Virus record (IMG/VR): IMGVR_UViG_3300012917_000002
Coordinates: 1 to 43,088 of that record
DNA length: 43,088 nt
DNA from: a virus
Direction: 5' to 3' (one strand)
Of the stretch, positions 35,078 through 42,855 are shown one piece after another. Below the pieces are notes generated by a model. That model saw nothing but the letters and a program-made list of their open reading frames with translations, ran no database searches and was not told the origin of the DNA. Position numbers and translations under genes: made by a program. Position 1 is the first letter of the stretch. Every line of letters starts with the position of its first letter.

Positions 35078-35308
35078 ATGGCTGAAATCATGAGTCGAGC
35101 AGAACATATCGCATGGGCTAAGAAGCGAGCACTCAAATATCTAGAGTCCAACAACCTTAAGGATGCCTTTATTTCGATGTTGTCGGATCTCAAAAAGCAC
35201 GATGAATTGAAGCATCATATTGGCATTGACTTGGGCTGGATTGAATTGGTGACCGGAATGCTTCAAGACTCTCATCGAATGCGCCACTGGATCGAGGGAT
35301 TCAATTAA
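35078..35308 (+). CDS. Hypothetical early protein
   Basis: 76-aa ORF with AAGGGAG upstream of the ATG. Confidence 0.55.
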   Translation: MAEIMSRAEHIAWAKKRALKYLESNNLKDAFISMLSDLKKHDELKHHIGIDLGWIELVTGMLQDSHRMRHWIEGFN

Positions 35309-35341
35309 AAGTTACAATGGAATCATCGAAGAGGACAACAT

Positions 35342-35506
35342 ATGTCAAGCCGAAAACAACCACGTAAGCTACGAAACATTTGTCTATGGTATAAGTGTAA
35401 TCGACTAATATCACCAAATGCTTTGCATTGTTCGGAACACAGAGTAATGGTAAAAACTCTGCCAGAAGATAAGCCAGTAAAAGGAGTGAGTCCAAATGTC
35501 AATTAG
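35342..35506 (+). CDS. Zn-ribbon-like micro-protein (54 aa)
   Basis: Hand translation: MSSRKQPRKLRNICLWYKCNRLISPNALHCSEHRVMVKTLPEDKPVKGVSPNVN. It is on the operon strand and replaces the antisense track ORF 35301-35495. Confidence 0.45.
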   Translation: MSSRKQPRKLRNICLWYKCNRLISPNALHCSEHRVMVKTLPEDKPVKGVSPNVN

Positions 35507-35711
35507 TGAATTACCATTTCCAAGATTTGAAGGATCAAAGTATACTAAGGAGATAAAACTTACAACAGATTTTTATCTTAGTCAGTGGATAGTACCAAAA
35601 GAAACAAAAGTCAAATTATTCACGACAAGAGATTTTGGTTATTGCATCATTCCAACAAATACGCAAGACGTTCGTGGATTCACGATTCCAAGAAGAATTT
35701 TCAAGTACTAA
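35496..35711 (+). CDS. Hypothetical protein
   Basis: 71-aa ORF. GGAGTGAG lies upstream of the ATG. Confidence 0.5.
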   Translation: MSISELPFPRFEGSKYTKEIKLTTDFYLSQWIVPKETKVKLFTTRDFGYCIIPTNTQDVRGFTIPRRIFKY

Positions 35712-35715
35712 ATTT

Positions 35716-36378
35716 ATGAGTACAACTAACTGTCTAATCTGTTCTCTACCTCTCGGCGAACTGGAGATATCCGTAAATCGTAAGTGGCACTTTGACTGTG
35801 AGCGCTGCGCTATTTGTGGTGGAGAGGTAAGTGATTCTGTCATTAATGAGTGCTTAACTGATGAACGTGAGGTATCTCACAAACCATGTCACGACAAAAA
35901 GATGGCCACCGCGCGGGACGCAAGACCTGTAGAAGTGACACAAGGTCTCTTAGATTATCTAAATGAGATTCGATTGATGGTTGAACCACAATTACAGTAC
36001 TCAATTGAGGATAATCAATCAACAGCAGAAAAAAAGTTTAACAACTATATTCACGAAAAGTCCATTGACGAAATATTTATCACACTCCGAAAGCTACAAG
36101 CTGTCACAGCATGTTGTAGCATTCTACTTAATGATAAGCAGAAAAAAGAAGTTTCTATTCGCATTAATGTCGAGGAGAAACGAAGGCGTGAAACTGACCT
36201 GCGGTCGAAAGTCACAAGCGCGGAAGATTATCGCAAATCTGAACAATATAAGCTTGAGCGCAAACGTGAAAAGCTAACTCCGGAGGGTAAAGCTATTGCA
36301 CAGCTTATGAAAACATTTGGTTGGTCTGAGGATGTGGCGCGGACACACCTTAAATCTATGAAAGGATCAATACAATGA
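35716..36378 (+). CDS. Cys-rich N-terminal Zn-finger protein with basic helical C-terminus
   Basis: ATG 35716 gives MSTTNCLICSLPLGE...HFDCERCAICGG. It is the same frame as track ORF 35635-36378. Confidence 0.55.
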   Translation: MSTTNCLICSLPLGELEISVNRKWHFDCERCAICGGEVSDSVINECLTDEREVSHKPCHDKKMATARDARPVEVTQGLLDYLNEIRLMVEPQLQYSIEDNQSTAEKKFNNYIHEKSIDEIFITLRKLQAVTACCSILLNDKQKKEVSIRINVEEKRRRETDLRSKVTSAEDYRKSEQYKLERKREKLTPEGKAIAQLMKTFGWSEDVARTHLKSMKGSIQ

Positions 36379-36662
36379 ATAGATGGTTTACAAAAGATGG
36401 AAAAACTAAGAGGATACCAAAAAAATTAAATCCACTAAAGGAATGGAGTAATGAAAATTTTGGTTCTTTAATGCAAGAAAATATGATAAGATTAACAGCA
36501 TCATTAAGGAAAAAATATCCAGAACTAGGCCTAGCGAAAACAGTAGATTTACTAGTTTTCTTATTCGGAGTTTATGATAACAAACAAGTATTATTAACTA
36601 AGACTAGATATAAGGCAGGTGAAAAGATTTACGACACTATCAATAAGGAATCACTACAATGA
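36375..36662 (+). CDS. Hypothetical protein
   Basis: 95-aa ORF with an ATGA overlap with the upstream gene. Confidence 0.5.
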   Translation: MNRWFTKDGKTKRIPKKLNPLKEWSNENFGSLMQENMIRLTASLRKKYPELGLAKTVDLLVFLFGVYDNKQVLLTKTRYKAGEKIYDTINKESLQ

Positions 36663-38421
36663 CAGCTACGCTGTCTTAAGCAATGGTAAAAAAATGAGAC
36701 TCACTACACCATGTCCTCAATGTAGTAAGATTCTTGAAGAGACTTCATCTGTAACTCTAGGTGATAAAATTTTCCAGAGCTACAAATGTGGTCACTCTTT
36801 TATATCCCCGCGCCGTCAGGCGCACCACGATAAGTCTGAACTACTCTACGATTCTTGTGATAGCTCTAAGACTGCCCGCGACTATCAAAAGTCTGGTATT
36901 GAATTTATCATCAACTCTGATTTTAATTGTGTAATTGGCGATCAGATGCGCCTTGGTAAGACACCACAGAGTCTATTGGCTCTAAAGAACGCCTACAATG
37001 AGCGGACACCGGTACTTATTCTAGTTCGCGCTGCAAATTTATGGCAATGGGTACGAGAATACAAAATTTGGACAGACTCTTTGCCACTTGGTATATATCC
37101 AATTGTAGGTACTAAAAACTATATCCCTCGCGGGTTTAGCGCCTACATCATTTCGATGGACACATTCAGTCGTGGTGACATGACGGAACGCTTACTCAAG
37201 TTTGGTTTTAAGTTATGTATAGTTGATGAAGCACATAGCTTTAAGAATACGGATTCTAGCCGAAGCCAAGCGCTTTTAGCTTTCCTTCGTGAAATCAACC
37301 GCGCTGAGATAACCCATGTGATTCCATTTACCTGTATGATCTGTAAACATACATGGGAAGAATCTGTAACCGTTGAGATTAAATCAGCTTTAGCTGAACA
37401 ACGTGTATCTAAGCATACAATCTGTCCTAAATGTTTCGCTAATACATCACATACGGCCGCGGCGCACGTTAAAGTATCTCGCAAATGTGGAGTAGTGATG
37501 CTTACAGGTACAGCTATAAAAAATCGTGCTGATGAGTACTTCGTACCATTAAATATCTTGGCGCCAGACAAGTTCCCATCAATTGAACATTTTCGCCGCC
37601 GATGGCTTGAACAAAACTCTAAGGGTAAATGGAGTCGTATATCACAATACAAATTTGATGACTTTAAGAAAACTATCGAACCATTCGTGTTACGACGTGA
37701 AAAGGAAGATGTCTATAAAGATTTTCCTGCCTTAAATCGAATGTTCACAGTCATTACAATAGATGACCAAAGATTAAAAGATGCCTATAATAAAGTACTA
37801 GATAAAATTGAACATAAGATTGAAATAGGCCACGGGGGTTTCTTTGAAAGTATTGGAGATTTAATGATTCTCCGACAGATATGTGGCCTAGCCAAAGTTA
37901 AGTGGACATCTGACTATGTTGAAAGTATGCTACTTGATTCTGATAATGCCAAAGTAGCAATAGGAATACATCATCACTCAGTGCGCGACACACTTGCTTA
38001 TAACTTGGCGCAATTTGGTTGTATGAAATTTTCAGGTGAAGATAGTGCTGAACGTAAAGACAGGATAATGACCAGCTTCGCTGAAAGCCCGGAGCGATGT
38101 TTAGTTATAAATATGCTGGCAGGTGGTGTCGGTATGGATTTTCATTATATATCTAATATCGTTATCCTAGAGCGTCAATGGTCTTCTGCCGACGAAGAAC
38201 AATTTGAATTCAGATTCTATAATCCTGATAAGTCTATAAAGACAGCTGTCACGAACATAGAATATGTCATAGCTAAAGGTACAATCGACGAATGGTTTTA
38301 TGATCTCATAGAGTCAAAACGAATTATTTTTGGTGAGACTATTGGTACTAATTGGAGTCTTACTTCAGATCCACAAAGCTTTAAGATGCTTCTAGAAAAA
38401 ACGGTGGCGAATAGACTATGA
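36619..38421 (+). CDS. SNF2-family helicase/translocase with N-terminal and inserted Zn-ribbons
   Basis: Motif I is GDQMRLGKT, motif II is IVDEAH, motif III is LTGTAIKNR, and the C-terminal lobe has MLAGGVGMDF. CPQC...CGH lies at the N-terminus and CMICKH...CPKC lies between motifs II and III. Start is GTG 36619 or ATG 36694. Confidence 0.88.
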   Translation: MKRFTTLSIRNHYNDSYAVLSNGKKMRLTTPCPQCSKILEETSSVTLGDKIFQSYKCGHSFISPRRQAHHDKSELLYDSCDSSKTARDYQKSGIEFIINSDFNCVIGDQMRLGKTPQSLLALKNAYNERTPVLILVRAANLWQWVREYKIWTDSLPLGIYPIVGTKNYIPRGFSAYIISMDTFSRGDMTERLLKFGFKLCIVDEAHSFKNTDSSRSQALLAFLREINRAEITHVIPFTCMICKHTWEESVTVEIKSALAEQRVSKHTICPKCFANTSHTAAAHVKVSRKCGVVMLTGTAIKNRADEYFVPLNILAPDKFPSIEHFRRRWLEQNSKGKWSRISQYKFDDFKKTIEPFVLRREKEDVYKDFPALNRMFTVITIDDQRLKDAYNKVLDKIEHKIEIGHGGFFESIGDLMILRQICGLAKVKWTSDYVESMLLDSDNAKVAIGIHHHSVRDTLAYNLAQFGCMKFSGEDSAERKDRIMTSFAESPERCLVINMLAGGVGMDFHYISNIVILERQWSSADEEQFEFRFYNPDKSIKTAVTNIEYVIAKGTIDEWFYDLIESKRIIFGETIGTNWSLTSDPQSFKMLLEKTVANRL

Positions 38422-38816
38422 TGTGCCCACATGAATTTATACACCATTATTGTGTACCAACTGCGTTGAGTATTCTCACAGGAATACCTATCGACGAAGT
38501 AGAATCACAGCTTAAAACCAATTATCTTGGTGACATCGAAATTAAAGATATCTACCTTGGTCTAGCTATTAAATTCTTGAGTGACAATGGATACTATTGG
38601 TATGTTGATGGTAAGGAGGGTATACCATTACAGAAATTTTCACAAATGGTAAATAGTACTATAAATAATGAAGAACATTTGATAGAAATTCAAAACCATG
38701 CACTCGTACTTAAAAATGGTAAAATATTTGATAACAAATATCGCCAAGGCGTAGCCATAACCAACTATGACCGTCGCGCAAATCGTATTATTCGTGCTTA
38801 TAGGATCATAAAATGA
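38418..38816 (+). CDS. Hypothetical protein (possible papain/C39-like Cys-His fold)
   Basis: 132 aa. HHYCVPTALSIL and the later QNHALVL resemble the Cys and His motifs of C39-like peptidases. The call is weak. Confidence 0.3.
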   Translation: MMCPHEFIHHYCVPTALSILTGIPIDEVESQLKTNYLGDIEIKDIYLGLAIKFLSDNGYYWYVDGKEGIPLQKFSQMVNSTINNEEHLIEIQNHALVLKNGKIFDNKYRQGVAITNYDRRANRIIRAYRIIK

Positions 38817-39706
38817 GACAAACCTTAATTCTTGATAGCTCTCAAATATCTTGTTATCTTGAATGTGCTCAACAACATCATTTACGTTATGTAGAGAATT
38901 TAACACATTCTGATGAAATTCGTGAGGATATGGCCGCTGGGACATATGGCCACAAACTTCTAGAAATTTATTACACACATCTAGCTAAAGGATGTGACCT
39001 TAAATGTGCAGTGGCGGCCGTCTATAAGTTTCATTTAGAAGAAAATTTTCCACTTTCACTATCTAAGCGAGCCGATGTAGCTTCACGTTTTGGTATCTAT
39101 TGGATGACTTATAGTCATAATGATATTCAACCTTCTATTGGTCAACCAATCTATAAATTGTCTTCAGGAACTAACGTCAATGAATTAGTAGAAACATGGG
39201 AACCAAAACCTTTAGTTGAGCAAGGATTCTCTTATGAGCTTCTACGTGACAATACTTATCTATTTGTTCTCGAAGGTCGTATAGATTTAATAGGCATTCT
39301 AGGTGGTCAGACTATCTGGTTAGATCATAAATTTCAAGGTCGGCGCCACGATCTTTATAAAAAATCTATACAATTTCGTAACTACAGTCTTGTCACTAAT
39401 TTAAATCTCGGGGTAGTTAACTACATACGGCTTCATAAAGAAGTAACTAAAGATACCCTCGTCAGAGATATTATATCATTTAATAGTTATGAACGCGCAC
39501 TCTGGCGAGAAGAACTTATAGAAATTTTTAAAACAATTTTAAGTGAACAATCACAAGGTGAACCACGTAAAAATCGTGGCGCTTGTGCTGGCAAATTTAG
39601 CATACCTTGTGAATTTACACGTATCTGCGAGGAACCATCATTTGTAACTGTTGAGGCTATAAAGAATACATATTATAAAAAGAAGGAAGTTTGGAAGCCA
39701 TGGTAA
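38813..39706 (+). CDS. PD-(D/E)XK (Cas4/RecB-like) exonuclease
   Basis: GRIDLI...WLDHKF forms the D...D-x-K core. An N-terminal Cys (SCYLEC) plus the C-terminal CAGKFSIPCEFTRIC cluster resemble the Cas4 Fe-S arrangement. Confidence 0.78.
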   Translation: MRQTLILDSSQISCYLECAQQHHLRYVENLTHSDEIREDMAAGTYGHKLLEIYYTHLAKGCDLKCAVAAVYKFHLEENFPLSLSKRADVASRFGIYWMTYSHNDIQPSIGQPIYKLSSGTNVNELVETWEPKPLVEQGFSYELLRDNTYLFVLEGRIDLIGILGGQTIWLDHKFQGRRHDLYKKSIQFRNYSLVTNLNLGVVNYIRLHKEVTKDTLVRDIISFNSYERALWREELIEIFKTILSEQSQGEPRKNRGACAGKFSIPCEFTRICEEPSFVTVEAIKNTYYKKKEVWKPW

Positions 39707-39915
39707 TTGAATCAAGAAGACAGCTTATTATTAGTGAAATTATTCAAGTAGCTGATTATGAATTTACTAGTAATCCTAAGATACCTGGAAAAGTAATAAG
39801 AGAAGTAACTTTTGAAGAATATAAAAAGGATGTACTCCCTAATTGTTCTGAAGAAGAAAAAGATAGATATAAACATAATAATGGATATTTTCATTATGAA
39901 GTATTGGTAGATTAA
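39691..39915 (+). CDS. Hypothetical protein
   Basis: 74-aa ORF on the operon strand. Confidence 0.45.
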   Translation: MEAMVIESRRQLIISEIIQVADYEFTSNPKIPGKVIREVTFEEYKKDVLPNCSEEEKDRYKHNNGYFHYEVLVD

Positions 39916-39917
39916 AT

Positions 39918-40181
39918 ATGCCCCCTAAAATCCACATCCATTCTTACATAAGGATCTCACCTAACATATATCAATGCGCTGATCCTGATTGTAATCATTT
40001 TAACAATAAAAAGTATCTTAAAGGTAAGCGAAGTTTATGTCCACAATGTAAAGAAGTTGATTTTTTACTGACACCAGAACATTTGCGTATGGCTCGCCCA
40101 GTTTGTTTTAATTGCTCTAATACGAAAGAAGCAAAAGCTTTTAGAGAAAAGAAAAGAATTTTAGAGGAGCTTGGTATATGA
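39918..40181 (+). CDS. Zn-finger protein
   Basis: 87 aa with CADPDCNH, CPQC and CFNC motifs. Confidence 0.55.
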   Translation: MPPKIHIHSYIRISPNIYQCADPDCNHFNNKKYLKGKRSLCPQCKEVDFLLTPEHLRMARPVCFNCSNTKEAKAFREKKRILEELGI

Positions 40182-40384
40182 GCCAAAATATTAATGGAAT
40201 ATCGATAATTTGTGTTGAACCAGATTTTATTTGTGGTTTGTGCGGTAAAATAGCAGAAACCAGACCATATGGGCCAAATGGAGAAGAAATATGTTTTGAA
40301 TGTGGTGTTAAAAATGAACCAATGACTACAAAAATGCTGAATCATAAATTATTTGGAGATCCCTTAGATGCCAAAAGCTATTGA
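40178..40384 (+). CDS. Zn-ribbon protein
   Basis: 68 aa with CGLCGK...YGPNGEEICFECG. Confidence 0.55.
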   Translation: MSQNINGISIICVEPDFICGLCGKIAETRPYGPNGEEICFECGVKNEPMTTKMLNHKLFGDPLDAKSY

Positions 40385-41177
40385 CCTCTCACCAGAACAA
40401 CGATTTGTAGGTCTATTCATAGGTCGTTCTGGTTCTGGTAAAACTGTAGCTGCTTGTAGCTTTCCAGGCCCAGTAGAAGTATTGGATTTTGATGGGCGTA
40501 TTCGGGGAATTCTCGGCGCCACATGGTTGAGTCGCGAAGCAATATCCTATGAATTTTATCTACCTAAAGAATTAGGTTTAGTAGATAAACTTAATAAGAA
40601 ATTAGATGGATATCAGATGGCCGCGCGGGTAGGTCAACCACTACCGCGGACACTTATACTCGACTCTTTAACAAGTGAATGCTTCGCAATGGTTCAACAA
40701 GCATTAGGACTGACCCACACTTTAGGAGATAGAAATATTAAAAAAGTTGGAAAATATTTAGGTCAAGTAGCTATGGCCGGCCCAGAAGATTATGGATTTG
40801 AAGCCCAAGCAACCTATGATATTATTGCATTCTTAAGGTCTATTCCTATTCAGAATATAATCGTAAGTGCACATATAGTAGAAAAATATGGAAAAATTGA
40901 CCCTGATAACCCCTACGCAGATTCTGTACCAATTGGAGAAAAGTTATCTGTTAGAGATAAAATCGGAGAGAATATACAAATATATTTTGACCATATCTTT
41001 CGATTTGATCGACGAGAACTCAACGGCCGTATCAATTTCTTTGTCAAATTCAGATCCGATATTGCTCGTACAAGCTACAATGAGCTTCCAGATGGAGAAA
41101 TAGATGTAAGTGGTAAATCGTTTCATGAAATGCTTATGTCTTATGTACGTAGCACGGCAGAGGTAGCTACTATATGA
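40368..41177 (+). CDS. RecA-like ATPase of the AAA_24/Sak4 type
   Basis: Walker A is GRSGSGKT and Walker B-like is TLILDSLT. Its size and its position next to a DUF669-like gene are typical. Confidence 0.75.
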   Translation: MPKAIDLSPEQRFVGLFIGRSGSGKTVAACSFPGPVEVLDFDGRIRGILGATWLSREAISYEFYLPKELGLVDKLNKKLDGYQMAARVGQPLPRTLILDSLTSECFAMVQQALGLTHTLGDRNIKKVGKYLGQVAMAGPEDYGFEAQATYDIIAFLRSIPIQNIIVSAHIVEKYGKIDPDNPYADSVPIGEKLSVRDKIGENIQIYFDHIFRFDRRELNGRINFFVKFRSDIARTSYNELPDGEIDVSGKSFHEMLMSYVRSTAEVATI

Positions 41178-41473
41178 AAACCCTTAATGAAGCTTTAGAA
41201 ATACTTAAAGAGTCTATTATAAGAGATCCATACTCCGGCCGTCCGCTTGAGACAGAAGCCTATAAGAAATATAGATCACTTATGAGAGAAATTAAAAGCA
41301 GTAAAGAAGTAGAAAAATTTCTTATAGAAATTATACGACAAACAAAAGCTGATATAGCTTCATCAACAACTACTGCATTTATAGGTGGAATAGTTGTAGG
41401 TATTGAAATAAATGAGTTACCAAATGTGGCTACTGACATCAAACCTGAACCAACAAATTCTATGCCAAACTAA
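41174..41473 (+). CDS. Hypothetical protein
   Basis: 99-aa ORF with an ATGA overlap with the upstream gene. Confidence 0.5.
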   Translation: MKTLNEALEILKESIIRDPYSGRPLETEAYKKYRSLMREIKSSKEVEKFLIEIIRQTKADIASSTTTAFIGGIVVGIEINELPNVATDIKPEPTNSMPN

Positions 41474-41492
41474 AATTGATCTTTTCCTTTAT

Positions 41493-41627
41493 ATGGACAT
41501 AAACAAAGGACCAACCTGGACTATAAGATTTGTAGAAATTTGGAAGTCTCCAGAAAATAAACCAGTTGACAAAAATGCCCCGCGCGGCCGCTCGTTTAAA
41601 CCATTTTCTGATGAGACAGATTTTTAA
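41493..41627 (+). CDS. Hypothetical micro-protein (44 aa)
   Basis: ATG 41493 is in the frame of track ORF 41412-41627. It contains the GC island encoding NAPRGRSF. Confidence 0.35.
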   Translation: MDINKGPTWTIRFVEIWKSPENKPVDKNAPRGRSFKPFSDETDF

Positions 41628-41939
41628 ATGACTATATCTGAGGCATGTAAAAATAGAATAGGTAAATTATGTCTACCTACCTGGCATAAATATATGCATA
41701 TTGAATTATATTTGTGTTTTAAAATAGGCTATAGTAAATGGGGTGAACCTCCAGAAGGGATTGGAGAATTATACCATGGTCCTTGGGTAAGATTATATGA
41801 TCCACCTTCATCATTAGTTTTAAATAGAAAATGGAATTATTATGATACACTTACAATATTCTCATTTGGGGGAAGTAATTATAAATCTTGGATAGCTCCA
41901 GAAGATTATGATACTAAATTTCTAATAGCTAAAACCTAA
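41628..41939 (+). CDS. Hypothetical protein
   Basis: 103-aa ORF whose start abuts the previous stop. Confidence 0.5.
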   Translation: MTISEACKNRIGKLCLPTWHKYMHIELYLCFKIGYSKWGEPPEGIGELYHGPWVRLYDPPSSLVLNRKWNYYDTLTIFSFGGSNYKSWIAPEDYDTKFLIAKT

Positions 41940-41998
41940 TACGATTAGCTACTTATTCACTAACAATAATATTAACAACAAAAAGGATACTAACACCA

Positions 41999-42385
41999 AT
42001 GCCAATAATCAAAGTAACACAAGCCGATTTGCTTAAGTCAAAGCTATTAGATCCTGGTTACTATGGGTCTCAAATAATTAAAGTTTCTGGTTTAGAGAAA
42101 ACTAAAGATGGTAAATCTCTTAATGTAGTAATAACATTTCGTATTGATGAAGTGGGAAAAGAAATAGATCATTATTTCAATTCACAAGCTTTTGGTATGA
42201 TCTCTCCACTTCATAAAGCTGTATTTAATAAAGAGATGAAAGAGGGAGAATTCGATACAGATACTCTTAATATGAAGAAAGTAGATTGTAAGATTATCGT
42301 TGATACCTATCAAGGATCTCTTAATAATAAAATTGAAGGTTGGCTTCCTTACGGAACTGGAAAGGAACAAAAGACACATTTCTAA
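41999..42385 (+). CDS. DUF669-like putative ssDNA-binding protein
   Basis: 128 aa. The LDPGYYGSQIIKVS...GKSLNVVITFRI pattern and its proximity to the Sak4-like ATPase resemble DUF669 proteins. Confidence 0.5.
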   Translation: MPIIKVTQADLLKSKLLDPGYYGSQIIKVSGLEKTKDGKSLNVVITFRIDEVGKEIDHYFNSQAFGMISPLHKAVFNKEMKEGEFDTDTLNMKKVDCKIIVDTYQGSLNNKIEGWLPYGTGKEQKTHF

Positions 42386-42448
42386 GTAACGAAGTTATAG
42401 CCGCGCCAAAGATCACCGACGCGGCCGTAAAATAAAACTGCTCTTCTT

Positions 42449-42586
42449 ATGAATATACAAATAGTAAGATCAAATTTCTTTGTGTTCCCTCCGAGCAAAA
42501 GAAGGCTACGTCATGCTATAAAGAGACGAGGGCAGTTATATGTCTTTAGAAGCTACTTGGATAAATTTTATGACTTACAAATATGA
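42449..42586 (+). CDS. Basic micro-protein (45 aa)
   Basis: Hand translation: MNIQIVRSNFFVFPPSKRRLRHAIKRRGQLYVFRSYLDKFYDLQI. Its stop overlaps the next ATG as ATGA. Confidence 0.35.
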   Translation: MNIQIVRSNFFVFPPSKRRLRHAIKRRGQLYVFRSYLDKFYDLQI

Positions 42587-42831
42587 GTAGCCTAAACTGG
42601 GCATCTAATTTATGTAAAACACGAGAAGAACGAGAAGCTTTTTGTCAATTTAAAGATGAAAATGATGGGATACACCAACATGTTGATGGCACTTATTGGT
42701 GGTATGATGAAATTCAAGCAAATGAGTTTGGTGGCTTCATTACCTTTGAAGAGGCAAAAGCTTCACTTACAGAATATCATAATATGCTTTACCTAAATGA
42801 TGGAGGTACTTCTTTAACAGAAGCTCCGTAG
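42583..42831 (+). CDS. Hypothetical protein
   Basis: 82-aa ORF on the operon strand. Confidence 0.5.
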   Translation: MSSLNWASNLCKTREEREAFCQFKDENDGIHQHVDGTYWWYDEIQANEFGGFITFEEAKASLTEYHNMLYLNDGGTSLTEAP

Positions 42832-42855
42832 CCACAGAATAGCAAAAGATAGTAT

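Noticed and set aside
35301-35495. Minus-strand 64-aa ORF from the track
   Set aside because: It is a lone antisense ORF in a rightward operon. The same interval holds a plus-strand 54-aa Zn-ribbon ORF that overlaps the next start codon.
7413-41591. NotI/EagI sites as cloning-linker or vector contamination
   Set aside because: The sites are embedded in frame within long conserved-looking ORFs on both strands. They form part of a much larger family of variable G/C islands and are not flanked by any vector-like sequence.
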